Both the position numbers and the translations under genes were made by a program. DNA of 53,547 nucleotides, counting the filler, from Catajapyx aquilonaris (Eukaryota): the NCBI GenBank assembly GCA_000934665.2. It is 3 parts of 3 records of this genome, joined end to end, with 100 filler letters (N's around TTAATTAATTAA, not from the genome) between each part and the next. Parts side by side here need not be neighbours in the genome. Positions count along the whole stretch, not along the records: positions 35,794 to 53,547 come from JYFJ02006877.1; 2 more parts are not named here. One strand, written 5' to 3'. Of the stretch, positions 35,794-50,600 are shown one piece after another (the first letter of the stretch is position 1; the number at the start of each line of letters is the position of its first letter). The notes beneath the pieces are model-generated. The model did not search any database and was not told where the DNA came from. It saw nothing but the letters and a program-made list of their open reading frames with translations.

Positions 35794-38700
35794 TAAAGGG
35801 GGCGGGGCGTAAAGAAGGGTGGGGTGGTGAAGCCTCCCCCCTCCCGCCCTACCCTCCCTTCAGTTCCGCCCCTGCCCTGCCCCCTTTTCTTCAGTTGTCC
35901 GCCAGCCTTTCGAGGGGCAGGTTGGCTCTGGATCCTAAAGCGATTGTTGTAATCACTGTAATCACGCGGGTTAGAGTGATTTTTTTAGGGGGGTGAAACC
36001 CGCCTGTACCACCTCCCCAATAAGTGCGGTGCGTGTGCCAGTGTTGCCCTCCCACCCCTACACACCCCCTTGAGGGCTTACGTACCCCGCAATTGTGGGG
36101 GGTGTTTTTTTTGACCCCGGTGACCCCCCACTGTTGCTGACCTGTACAATGCTGACTGATCTGAATCCGGCCGTCCGAGGAGATATTTATAACCAAACTG
36201 GTGGGCTGGTGGACAAGTCTGTAAGTACTTGGGGGGAAAAAATTGCTGTGCATTGTTGTAGTGTATGTGTAGAGGCTATAGAAAAATTGTGCATAGCATA
36301 TATCAATCTGGACGAAAAATGTCACGTTTTGTCAACAATGAGATTGGATGGAATTCAATCAACTCTCTCTTTTTTGGGGGGTACGGTTGGGGCTGATATT
36401 GTCGGGAAATGCCCGACAAAGTCGATTTGCACAAGGGATTATCCGACTCTCCGAACCCTCCAGAGCTTGTTTAAACAGCGGACTCGTCAAAGCCCGACTT
36501 TTGTGAACTCACACACCATTATTGCTCCAGTTTCGTGCACTTGAACAGTTCCTCTTTTCCTCGGGGGTGTCGATTTTTCGGGTGTTGTATTTGGGTAGAC
36601 CCCCCTTGGTTGGCCTCCTGTGGAGCCCTCTTTTGATGCTTGTCGTCGCCCAGACGCCCCTTTGCACGATCCCCCACCTATTCATTAATCCTCTATTTTC
36701 GCTATGTGCTACTACACTCGCTTTTTCTTTCTTTCTTTTGGCATGCTGATGGGGGTCCAAACACTTCATTGCACTTTTTTGGCGGGGCGGAAATATCGTA
36801 GGGAACTTTTGACGTTTAGGTGTCATTACAAGCAAGTTGTCACCTAAACGAATACGGAAATTTGAGTTATGTATGGGGAGAGCTGGAATGAGTAATCGCG
36901 GTTGCATTAGAGTATTAGGGTGTTTATGGGGTGTATTGTAGGAAATTATGGCTGGATAATTAAGCTATATATTTTACAACCAAAATATGTTTTATGCGTA
37001 GAGTTATGCATGAACTTATTGCCATATTATGCCGCTATGTGCAAAGTGAAGTAGCAAGAGTGAATTTGGCATTGCGGCTGTAAAATACTAACAATTTAAA
37101 TAATTTAAAAATAAGTTCAGATTTTCTTTATTTCACATTTGAGATTAGTGTTGTGAGTGCGTGAAAGCAAATTTTAAATATAACTTACTTACAAATTTTT
37201 TACGGAGTGATTTTGCATTGTCTGGCAATGTAACATTTTATTTTTATAGCCATTGAAGGAACTATAGTAATTTACTCAAAACTTGTGTATTCGCCCAAGA
37301 TTTTCCTTTTCCTATTGCGTTAATTAGAACCGCCGTATGAAGTAAGCTTTTTGTAATGTTCAAACATAATTTATACATGCTTCCTATGCAGACCGATGCA
37401 CACACAAAGCGGCCGGCCTAATTTCAGAAAATTCACATTTTAAAATCCCACTTGTATTTTTCAAATCGCAAGCTCTTTGATCATATTTCCTCCATTTAAA
37501 AACGCCGTGTGGCCCAAGACCACCCAACTCATAATCCAACAAGCAAACATCAGACCGCATTTGAAAACACGGCTTGTGAATAAGATATACCCCATTAAAA
37601 ACGACCTGTTGACAAAACTTCCAAGAAAATGACCCGCCCGGCACGCGTTCCAACCATCCCTAGCGCGTGTATAATCCCCCCACGGTATTCCCGCGGGTAT
37701 ACCGGCCGGCCGAAGAAGCCGTTGTCCGCCGCCTGAACTCCTGCCGGGAATATTCCCCTTCCAATATTCAAAGCCGCCTGTAATGACTCTTGCTGAGCGA
37801 CAACCTTCCCCCGTCCCGCGTCGTCGATTACGACCCCCGTGTGTGTGTGTGTCCCCCCCATATCGGCTTCGCATTTTGGGCGACCCGGGTCGTCTATCTG
37901 ATAAGAACTGACAATCGAGCCCGGTTTTGTGGCTTATTAGATCTGCTTTAACGGTGTCCCCGGCTTGTTTTATTCAAAGGGGAAGTCTTCGTTTTGTTTC
38001 CTTGCGGTATAAGCTTCATTGGGTATTCATGATGTGGTTTGGGCTTTCTCGGGTTTGTGTATGGATTTTTGTGAGTGACTGATATGATTTTTTTTTTCTG
38101 CTTTGAGTCAAACCATATGAGGTTTGATTGTGTAGCCTGCTGATTTTTTTGGAATATGTTCGTGCTACATAAGAAACAAATAAATTGGTTAATTGCGGAG
38201 TGGTAACAATGGGGTGGGCAAATGTTGGGTAAATGGAACAGTACGGAAGCTTGGTATTTATCAGGTGCACATTGATTCAGAATTGTATGCCAATATTGTG
38301 ATTGGATGCGGGAGTATTGAAGGATGCGGTTAAACACACAGCTGAACTTGAGTTAGGCCTATTAGTTTACAGCCGTATTGAGGAATGAACTTGCGTGGAG
38401 TAGGAGTTAGTTATAATAATATTAATTTGGTTAAAAATAACTAAAATTTGATTTTATTCAGAGATGAAAAATGAACTGCATGCACTAAGTTATAGAATTC
38501 CTTGCCGCTTAAAACGCGCTGTATTATTTGAGTGGTATACGGAGTAACTTGTGCTTGTATTGTTACGTTCATCATTCAGTTTGCCATATTGTGACCAAGA
38601 CAGAAGGTGATGCCCGGAATACGACGTTTAATGGTATAACTTATAAACACCTATTTTTGCCCGTAAAATTTATAGTACTTTTGAATCTTTAGCCCCGGGT

Positions 38701-41682
38701 AATTCCTTGAGATATAGAGTATAGACAATGTAAAATAACTCAATTTCTTAGGCCAACCGGAGGGATATTTACCAGCAGGCTAACTCATCTATAAGCGATT
38801 TTGTCATATATATGCTGTAACAACAAACAATGAGTTACGGCCTATGAGCCTGTGTGGCATATGGTGTAAATTGGTGTTTATGTATATATTATTTATTAAA
38901 CGTGTGTGTTTTTTTATTCGCGGAAATTAATTGGATTATTCAATAAGCAACGTTCACCGCGATTGTCCATTATATGGGCTACTTTTTTCCAAGAAAAATA
39001 ATAGGAAAACCATAATAAGATAATTGTATCATGACACGTAGGCATTCACCGGCGCATGTAATTACATTTGCTTATAACGTGGTGCTGAATATTGACAAAA
39101 TGTATATTGGGTTCAGTGCATAATGCCGTAATAATATCGTAAAGCGAAGAGAATTTTACAATAAACTATATTCACGTCAAGGATTCAAAATGGTCCAACT
39201 CGTAAGCGTGTGACAATATTGGTTTGATGTCACCAACTGCAATATTCCATAATTACGCAGGACACCCGTTATAATGAGTGGCATGAATTTATTGTTTTTA
39301 TGTGATATTTGTCGAAGTATAGGCCTATCAGAAAGTTGGGGCATACTGTATTTATATCTGCGGCTGCATTATACGATATGCTCCTATAATGTTAAATAAT
39401 GTCCAGGTAGGCTCTTCGTCAGCATAATTATAGCCTACTATTTCACTATACGATTAGTGCTAATTGTAGTATCAATTATTTAGAAGCTACTACAAGTATT
39501 AGCGGTAATGAATAGTGAGATGTGACCCATATCGGCCCATATCTTTTGCGGGTTGCTATTTGTATTATGTGCTGTTTATTATAAATGTCCATCGGCTGAT
39601 ACATGCACTTACGGTAGGGCTTTGAAAATGACTTTGCAAATATATTGGCGTGATGTGTGTATTCCAGTAAATTTGTACGCCTTTCTGTTTGGCCTACATT
39701 TTAACCCTATTTGTGAGAAGCAGTCTAAGGTCATGGGGTCTTATGAACTTGAAGGAGACACTAATGTAGGTCCCCGCGTACAAAGCAACGTAAGAAATAC
39801 TGTAGTGTATGAATTTGGTTTCCTGTTCATGGCAAAGGATAACAAATCTTAAGTTCCTTGGCTGACATGTGTAAAAATTATTTTATCTTTCCTCCCCCTG
39901 GTTACAAGTGAAGACGAAAATAGGGCCTATAATATGTAATATGTTAGTGTTTGCTGCTGCGTTTAAATTATGTGAATCCCAAGTTACTTTGTGCATTCTT
40001 GACAGTTCCAACTCCTCCCATTTTACAGGCAACTGATCCTTAAACTAGGATATAAGAATTTACACTAATGAGAGAGGACAACATGTTGAGAGAGATGTTA
40101 TTGGAGTCTGAATGTAGGCCTAGTTGCCAAGAATATCTGTGCCAGAGTATATACAACTACGGCCACAGCCAATGTCGCTTACTTTTCAGACCCGTGAGTA
40201 GGCCGCATATGTAAACATTGCATGGTGAAGTGTCACGCTAACAGTGTGGGACGCTATACTCTCTAATGGTGACATTTTTTGACATAAAAGAATATTAATA
40301 TATTGCGTCTGTACGTGAATCATCACCTGAGTTACGGTGATTTACAAAAGTGGCAACTGTACATACGACCGGCGTATAGGAAACTTTTAACCTCAGATTA
40401 GAGGGTTAATATGTTGGGTGGGTGCCGGTGCAGTCAATCTTTCTAGTCATTAAATAAATAAACAATGCATGACTTGTGTTGGAATTGTAATTGTAGCATA
40501 TATCAGAAAGTTGATTTTGTAACCGATTTGAGATACCAGCCCCTAAAAATATGGCAGCGTTGTTTGTGTATCTATATTTTGGTGTGTTCTGCAACGCATT
40601 TTGAAACGTTTGTGACTGCCAGATGAGTTCATATTTTTCCATCAGTGTTCTTTCCGGCAATAGGCTATGCATTTGGCATTTAGCAGATGATCTTTTCTCC
40701 CAGTAGGCTTCAAACATACATACCGTAACGGTATATTAATTTCATATAATATTTTCCAAATCGAATTTCAATTTCAGTTGTTGGCTGTGCATGATAAAAT
40801 GTAAAAATTATACCGTATATAACTATGATTCCATCTGCGTGGAAATTTTTGTTTGTCTAGGATTGTCATATTTGATTTTATGTGCATATACTGAGGGAAA
40901 ATGGGACCAAAGATAATGTGAAATTACTTCGATTGGACGCATAATTTGCAGGTGTGTCGCTTATGACATAACATTTCTGGTGCTCGAGTAATTCAGGTGA
41001 AATCACTATACGAAATTACTAATATTACCGTTACAAGAAGGCTTGATTTTAAGTTTAGATTTAAATCGACTTATAATTAATAATAGACAGTGCAACTTGC
41101 TTAAGCACATGTTGGTATCCTACGAGAGTATACTTTACCGATATGTCCCACGAAGAATGATTGTACAGCACATGCTCACCAAAACATTGTCACAAATTTC
41201 CATAAAATTTCCAACAGCCGCCAAGTAATCTGATCACATCAGCAACAATGTTACAACTTCCAAGCTACTTATAGCATTACACGAGGAAGATTGATGTCGA
41301 GGGTAAAGCGAATGCTTGTAAGACAAGATACAGGTCCACTTGGCAAGCGAAGGAGCAGCTGGTCAATGTGTGACCTCCCTAAAGGAAGAAGTTTTCGGGA
41401 AGGGGGGAAGAGAAGGCCGTTACTAAACGCCATTCTCCAGCAACCCCCGCCCTTTCGGGTCTAACGGCAACCGGGCTTGTAGTTTGTGCTTCTACTGCTG
41501 ATCGATTATTAGGGGAGTCTGATGGCTTTTCCTCCGTCAGTGGTACCTTTCAACCTCAGTTCGAAACCTTGCCGACTCACTTTTCAAAAAACAAAAAAAC
41601 AAAAAAAAAAGAACTGACCCAATTAACGCCTGCCAACACAATTTTGAATCCGATCCCCGCTATATTTGCACCAAAAATACAG

Positions 41683-41697
41683 CCAATAGATGGCGCC
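41683..41697 (+). promoter_or_regulatory. CTCF-like motif
   Basis: CCAATAGATGGCGCC is close to the CTCF core consensus CCASYAGRKGGCRSY; motif match only. Confidence 0.3.
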
Positions 41698-44600
41698 AGT
41701 ATGCATCACGCCTTCTATTGACAAGTGACAGAACCTCCAACTACAACATTGCCACAACAGTAGTACATGTGATTCTGGGGCCAATTAGCATCACTTCCAC
41801 ACTAGGAATACCCCTCCAAACTATCCTTCACAGTCCCAGAAGTGGAACTTGAGACCGAAACCGGATATATTAGCAGAGGGGGAAAAATTCTAGTAATTCA
41901 TTTCGGTTGTCAACAGAAGTGTCGGAGCGGCCGGAAAAGGCCGCCAGGAGCACTCTGACACGACTCATTAAAGGTCTGGAGAATGTGCCTCTTCTTTTCT
42001 CTCTTTTTTTTCTTTTTTTTTGTGAGGAGTCTTGCCTGCTTCTTCCTCCGACACGTTGCCTGGTCTCTTCAGCCCTGGAGCTATAATCGGAGTTATAGTC
42101 TTGCGCAATGCGGCGGACCAATCGAATGGGCTTCGAGGGGTTCAGGTTCTTCAGTGGGTGTCGATTTGGACCAATTGGATTCTTTAGGACTCAAGGGCAA
42201 TTCATTGCGCATCGATATTAGTTTGATGGTATGTTATGTCTCGTTACACATTTTATCGGGAGTAGCTGAAAGATGGGTGGAAGAGCTGAAATTTTAGTTA
42301 AAGATAGATTTAAAGTGAGTCAATATTATTTTACAGTCATGACGTGGTTCATATCGTAGTCGGCAAATTGTAACTTAAAACTGCTGATTTTTTTAAAGTA
42401 GGGGATGGACACTCGTGTAATAGTGACATGTGACACTCCCAGTTTGAAATGGCTTTTTGAACACTGTTTGATGGCTTTTTTTTAAACACTATAACTGTAA
42501 CATTTCAGTGCTGGTATAACTTGCTTGAGTTAGCTTATTTTGGGAAAAATGCCAGTTTCGTGCTGCTAAAGTAGGCTAGGCTGCTTGTGATAAAAAATTC
42601 ATTCAAAATGACGTCTGAGAAGTTCTCTTTGCAGAAGTGTGCGACTTGACTTACTGACTCTTATCGTTTCATGATTTACCTTCTGTGCATATCTGCCGCC
42701 ATGGCCTATTCTATGCGTGAATTTTTTATTTCCTTGGCAGGCTGTAGACTTCGCTACATCAAGCGGCTATTACTATCCGCCTGACAACCCAAGCCATACG
42801 GACAGCGATAACGTTGGCTATACTAACTATCCACAGAGACGACGAAATATTTTCTTTCATTCCGATATTGACAGCGGTGCGTTTATATCTGATTGAGATT
42901 AGGTCGTCCAGGGAATGCGGTTTATTGAGCCACATTTTGTATGAAGTTGTCGACATACACAGTCCTATACATACGACCTATATGGGAAGTGCCTGTAGCG
43001 TTTTGTAGTATCAGCAGTGAGTTCATTTGTATAGGCCTATAGGGTATGTAGTGTTCTCTGAACTGACTTGGCAACTGATCTTCTTGCAGTGTCATATAAT
43101 AAATATGCTAAGAATTTCTGAGGGCGGGAGAGAAGTACATACCATTTTATTTCTTTCTGCAAGAATATCCGAGTTGTGTTACAACTTTCTCAAGTCAAGG
43201 ACACGATGCAATCGACTAGTCAAAATGCCTGTAGGAACAAGAAAATCTGACGCGACAATTATTGTACCTCAATTCCCACCCAACAGGGTCAGGGTATATC
43301 CTGCTATGTGGCAGGATGAGTCAGTGAGGGAGGGATTTTTTTTTCTGAGTTTAATATCCCAAGTACCTGTCCCTTTACAACAATTTAACATCTCAAATGT
43401 CTGTAAAAACTGTCACTCTCGTTTTCTAAAATGCTATAGGCAGTGCTGAAAATTTGGTTAAGGTATTGATTTTATATTAGGGAAAACTTCGTTTTACCAA
43501 CTGCTTGCATTCAAACAATTTCAGCGAAAAACACGTATTTTATCATGTATCCCAACAATAATTAAAATTTCCAACTTTTATCCGCAGTTTCTATTAATGT
43601 GAGTTAGTTACATACACCTCACTTTATTTGTCAACCAGCCACAATTTCAAGTCACAAATCCGTCGTATTGTTAGAGCCACCCATGGCCACGTAAACCATC
43701 AGATGTGTGCCGATGATTCCTCTATCCTGCTGGGAGCGGACCTAACAGCATGTGTTCATGCGACAAAAGAACGGATGCTATTAGTAGAGGCAGAGAGGCG
43801 AGGGTTTGTTGAAGTAAGGAAGCAAAATAAAAAATAATAACTCCTGGAAGTTCATCAGGGCAGTTACTCAAGTATGAAAGGGGATGCACGGTAATTGGGG
43901 TAATTAGTGTGCGAACCCGAGTGCGCAATCGGGCGAGTGTGTATATAAAGTTGTCACGATCATGCAAGGGCTGACCTTTTCCGCCTTAGAGAATCCACAA
44001 GTGCGGTTTGGTTCAAGTGGGATGTGGGGAGGGAGATGGGGGAAGCCCTCAATTCCGTTCGTATGCTTAAGACCAGCCAAATTTAATTAGGGTACGATTG
44101 GGATCTATGTAGTTGGGAAGCCTGCTTCGTCAGTGATTTAGATTGTTGGCTTTGCCTCTCCTCTAGTGTCAATAGGCTGTCGTCAGCACCTCAAAGATTT
44201 GACAGCTTGAGGTATCAGCATGCTCAAATCCCGCATAAAAGATGCATCGTGAGTTTTGTTCATTTGCGATAAACCCTTTTCAATTATAATCACAGAGAGA
44301 TGTGGCTCGCATGCGAAGTAAACAAACATCAAATCAGTGAGGCGGAGCATCACACCTTACTCCGCGGCCATCTTTGATAGGGAGGGAAAACAAATGACGG
44401 TTGGCGTGTGCCAGCAAATCCCCATCAAAATAATATCTCGGAACCAGTAGGGAAAGGGAGGGGTTGTTGGTGTAAACCCTGTGGCGGACCTATCTGATGT
44501 GTATAACGCACACACAACCGTCGAGAAATCCTTCATAATCCCGTGTCCTCCTTGGTCCATTGAAAGGGGCCAGGCAGCCATTTCACGCCTGCCGGCTCCG

Positions 44601-47600
44601 TGTCGTTGGAAAAGCTTTTTGTAACCCCCTGCCTGGTGTATAACCCTCAAACCCCGGGACTAGTAACCCTGCTAATCTTCCTCTGTAAGCGCCACCCTCT
44701 CTCGGAAAAAGCGGCTTGAAGGACTACACTAAGGTGATTAGAGGGGCCCAACTTTGGGGAGGGCGGGACTTTGAGATTAAGCCGCTTTTGCACGGCTAAT
44801 GTACCCAACCCCCTCCATACCTACCACCCCTCAACATTTTTTTTTCGACCTCCCGCAGTGTGATGAGGCTCCCCATTCTGCACTAACAGTGTGTACAAAA
44901 TAGAATAAGCCCATTGGCGACACATCCCGTTTCTGACTGACGAACAAATGAATAGTCACACCCACGACAGATGGGACCATTTCTGAAGGCTGCTTGTCAA
45001 CGTAATATTAGCGACATATTACGTAATATCCTCAGATTTAACAAAATGCAGCTGGCCAGCTTGCAACAAATGGGGTATAAAAATAGTTCATTATGCAAAT
45101 GACCTGATGTCCTTCTCGTCAAATCTTGTCCTCTTCAGGCTTTCAAGTCTCTCAGAGATTTTGTGCAAGTTTGAACTTTGGTGTTTTAAAAAGTGAGACA
45201 AGATTGTTCGTGTGGAAAAGCAGTGGTGGGAGTGAGAATTTATTAGGTGTAGGAAGTATAAGGGTGAGGTGGGGTTGAGGTTCGAGACTGGCACGGTCAA
45301 CTTCTCCCCCCTCCCTCCCTATACTCCTTCCCTCTACCAATCCCCATCTTTTCCCCTTCCAAAATTATCAGTCATCCGCAATGGCTTTGGATTTTGCCTT
45401 TATGGTATAGAATGGGGACTGTGCTATGCAGGATTGATTGCACTATCGTAAAAGTTGTTCATGTAACATGCAATGATAAGTCACATGAACATGATAATAT
45501 TATAACTAGGCCTGTTTGGGTGACATTGAACAAAACTATTTACGGGTGTATAAAGTTGATGCATCTGAGTTTCGGTAAAAGACTGGCGTTCTTAATAATT
45601 TACGATTTTGGAAATGTCGCATAACTTGTGTAGTGATTTATTACAAAAATTTAAATTCGCATTAATTAAGCTACCACATTCTCGTAAATGTAATGATTTG
45701 ATTAGGGGGTCTATTTGGTTATTACACGATGCAATGCGGTAGTACAACTGGCTGTAAATACCAGACGTTATTATACTATAGCTGAAACAACTGGTAGCAA
45801 CCAACGTATTTATAACAGGCCGCATAAAATTCTTTGCGAAGTTGACCCATGGCAGTCAATATACAATGACAATGGCAATCCGCTATAGGGCATCGCCAGT
45901 CATCCTGAATAAACAAGTCGTGACTTCGGGAGAGCCAAAATATATTGAAGGGCTGAAGCGTTAATAATGATAACCGTGACATGAGAAGAATCACATATGA
46001 CTACATGTTTATCAACAAGCAACCATTCCACATGCGTTTTAAGAATTCATGCATGCGTCCCTGAATATCTAGACCGTCAACTAGACATGTGTATACTATA
46101 TCTGCAGTACTGTTTGGCCAAGAAGATGGAAATCTCAATCATAGTCATACAATCCTCCCTGTGTTTCCATTTGTCTGCTCTTGGGGGTACGTGTCCTTAA
46201 GCATGATACTTTTGCACACCACACCGCCTGTGGTTTGGCCTTATTAATAGCATTACAACTTGGAAAATACAGACCACTAGCGCCTCAACTTGTCAACTAT
46301 CGGAAATATCTGTTATAGAGCTTACTGTGCTTATATACTTGTAATTTACAGTTTACAGAATGAGTGTGGTATATGGCCTGCGTACAGGCGAAGTTCAACC
46401 TTATTTTATTTAAGGATATGTAGGCTACAGTAAAAACCTTGATGGTATGGATAAATATGGATTTATTGATCGAAACTGAAAAATGGTTGCAATGCATGCT
46501 TATTTTATATCAACAGCATACTGCGTAGTCATAATGTAGTGTTTATGCTAGGCTATACATAAGAGGCGTGTATGAACATATTCTGATCCAATTGAGTACG
46601 ACGGACCAAGAATCATGTTGTATATTCTCACCTCGCAATAACTAATAGAAATAGGTTTCTTTGAACAAGCCATTATTGCACACACCCTATATGTACCAGA
46701 CCTCCCGCTGTCGACCACACAGAACTACCCCAAAATTGTAGTTTTACGAAACGGCCCCTATATATTGACCAACCCGCGGTGTCTCTCTGTATCCGAAGGA
46801 AATGGCGGCCTCTATCCTCCATGTACGCCATATCCCCTCCCAAAAAGAGGCCTTAAAAAACCCGTGGGATATCTCCCCCCTCGCCAGTTGCCAGCCGCCT
46901 CAGGATTTACGGCCCATGTTTTTTTTCACCCATCTTCCTCTTATCCGCCGTCTTCTGCTTCTTCTTCTTCTTCTTCTTCCCTGGAAGGTCATGGGCGAGG
47001 AGCCATCATTGACGGCCGTTTTCTTCTCCCCCATTCTCAACCCCCTAAATTTTTTTTTACCGGCCTTTCCACCGTGCCGGTAATGGAGTCGGCAGCAAGG
47101 TGTGTATAAGTGGGCAGTCCCGAGTGGTTTTACAAGAGCGAGTCAGTCTTGTGATCGACCTTCTCGCGTCTCATATCGATCAGAGAACCTTGACAGTAAT
47201 TTAATCAGAGGGGCGATGACCCGCACGAGTCGCTGGGATGGATGGAGTTCTTCTGCAATTTGGCGCCGGGGGTTCTTCTTATTCTCTTTTTCCCGCCCGA
47301 TGCAGATTTGCCATGTCATTCGGTAGGCACGTAATTGGCACGAAATGGCTGGAGACAGGTAGGGGGTGATTATTAGGCACTTATTCAATGTCGGGGAGAC
47401 GCTATTTGCAAGGAGGAATAGGCAGAGTGCTTGGTTGGGGTTCTAGGAAAACGGGGCAAAGTTATTGCCGGAATGGTATGTACGGGGGTGTGCGTGTTTT
47501 ATTTGCGGTGCATGTTACGTTTGTTGATCAAATCGCAATTAAAACTGTAGGCGATGTACGTAGTTAGTGTGTTCAGTAGATAGCACGTACCGTTTTGCTC

Positions 47601-50600
47601 CAGTTTGGGTTTTTTTTTTGATTTGAAGTTTGATCCGCAAGAGCAGCAGCCAAGGAAGAGAATAAGTTTTTTTGCTGGTTCGATGTGCGTATGGAGTCGT
47701 GTAATGATGTTTGGGCAGAATGGAGGGTTGAAAAGTGTGAAATTGTAATAAGATGCCTTATGGCCTATATAGGTATAATACTTCGGATGTATAGCATTTG
47801 CGTTGCTCATACACAGACAACAGACTCTTGGGTTTTTAAAAACACTTGCGGTTTAAAGTCATTAACATTTTTGAGTAGCATTTCGCATTCAAGTGATTGG
47901 CAAAATATTATTGGCTTATACAACTTTCATGCACTATGCACCGCAACTGAAAACAACAAACATCGGGAATACCTAGAAATTTATACAGTTAGTGCAGCAC
48001 TTTATTTTTATTTTGATGAATATTACATTGGGATCCTACGAAGGATTGAATATGTGACGAATTTAGGAGCCAACGTGATAGATAATAAAGCCATTGCAGT
48101 AATAGTTGCACTTAGTAATGGCTACCATCAGAAGGTTACTGACCAATGGTTCAGAATCGTTGATGCAGAATATATTATGGATATCTGCGTATATTTATGT
48201 ACTGTACCAAGTGCAGAAGAAATATAACCAATGCAGCAATTGATATTTGGCCAAACTCAACAAAATTACCTACTTTTCGTTATGAATTAACTGACGGAAT
48301 AGCTCATTGCCCCAACATATATAGATACAGGTACATCTTTAGAATAGAGTGACATACGTCAAAATGTGACCATTCTTTTTTTATACACCTCCATATGTAC
48401 TACAGTGTATAGCTACGCGTTCTGGTCACCTAATCAACATATCAGAGGAACGAGGTTTCCCGATATAGCCTACTGGCTACGTCTATGGTGGTATATTATT
48501 GATTGAGGTGCTATGATGGCACATATGGAAATGAGCTTTATGCATAAACATGTGAAATATTTACACTCTAGTAAAATATTTGTGGCGAAAACTGCTAAAG
48601 CGGGTAGACCACACAAGCTCACGCGTATCATGAATTTAACATTACTGAGATGTGATTGTTTCTTCCATAATAAACAATCCGGTGCAAACATTTCAGGTGC
48701 ATTCACTACCCACCGAGCTACCCTCACGTGCAAAACAGCGCAATTCAAAAATCCCACGGAATGTAGGTTAATATTTCAATTTAGGCCCACTCGCATGATA
48801 CGTCCAAATTTGTGTTGTTCGCGCGCTTATTGACGGCCGCGAGTTGATAGTACGCTAGGGGCACAAGGCCCTATTGTTGTGGCTGCCATCAGGTATTATT
48901 TTCCAGAAAGACGCCCTTTCATTTCCACAAAGACATTCTGACATGACTTTGAAAACGTTGGCGGGTTCGAACGGACCTGCACTCCCGGGGGCAAAAACCC
49001 ACGTCTGTCTCGGCAGCCAGCGAAAAGAGAGCCGGGCCTAATTTCCAAAACCCCCGCTACAATAACCTTGCCGGCATTTTCTAGCTGACCTCGACTCCCC
49101 CCCCCCCCCTCCCAAAAACCTCGCCTTCAACTTGACAAGCTCGCCCGGGCACGTCAAATGGGCCAACGAGCGAGTAGGGAGCCTCAAAGGCGGCGCCATA
49201 TTTATGGGATATTTATCCTCCAGACATAGGTGATTCTGCGAAGAGCTAAACCACGTAGTCTCGCCTCTTCTTGAAACTGTATTTTTTTGTGTTTTTCCCT
49301 CCAAAAAATGTTACAACCATAGATGGGGTTTTCTCACTTGCACGATGGTGAAAAGGACGCCACAGGGCCTCTGGAAATAAACAGCTTACCCCGCCAATGA
49401 GTACACACAGGTCCGTCAATCAAGACCGCGGGGGGCCCTCGTGTTACAATTTTTGCCTCCCGCAACGGAAGAAGACATGCAACTTGGGATAGGGCACGGA
49501 AAATAGGGGGGGGGGGGGGGTGTTTGCTGGCTGGCTGCCTTGGCAAGCTGGAGGGGACCACTCACCGGCCAAAATCTTATGCTCTTGACACTGACAAGGT
49601 CTCTGACCAGGGGGGCCACGTGCCCCCAGCCAAACATTCACAGCTGATTCCGTGGTCATCATGGCCGACTGTGTGCGCGTTGACGGCCGACTCGCGTTTT
49701 TTTAGAAGGAATTTCTGTTTACCTGAGGCATGAGCACGTGCGCATAAGTTTGCACACGCATTATCGGTCTGGCATAAGACCAAGATCAATAGATGGGATG
49801 AGTGCGGTAATTTGTTTTCTTGCTGTTGAATTTGTGGGACAGACTATATGCTTCCAGGAGGCACACGTATGTGAAAATTGACTTGTACTTTCTTGGCTTT
49901 AGGCAGTTACAGGCTATGAGCTGTGTTGCATATGCTGAATCAGCATGGTATGAAAACCTTTTATATAACTTGTTTACTTCCTGCATTAGTTGGTGTTTTT
50001 GTCCGAAAAATGAAAAAAGCACGATCATTTTCTTTCTGATGTTATTGTCCTCATATGACTGTACATTCTGTAGCAGCCAAACGTTTGTGATTATATTCAG
50101 AGTCATTTAAGATTATTAAGTACATACTCTGCTCATAATAATGAAAAATGTGAAGGATAGTAAAATAGAAATAGGTCTGCACACAAGTGTTTGTGGAAAC
50201 TTCCATGCATCAAAAAGATGTTTAAAAAGTGACAGCGCGTGCAAATATCTTACATGCAAAAGAACTTGAATGTCCTCATCACGCTATGCATTACTCGCTA
50301 TTTTGCAATTTATGCGTCAGTTGCACTGCTAAACTCTACTAGTATTAAACACACACACTATCTGCCGCTTTGATGGTTCTATATATACCATTGCTCCTCA
50401 CTAATACACCCGCATTGTTGCACTTTTACGCTTATTGATTTCACAATGCGCAATGTGAACAAATACCGTGATGCAAACATTTGCAGTGCTAAATGTATCC
50501 GGACAGATACTTAATTTTCCGAGGCGATAAAAGTGAAAGTCTCCCATGAAGCGAACGACCGATACAATCATCACTTTCGCAGCAGCAAATAAATTAGGCA

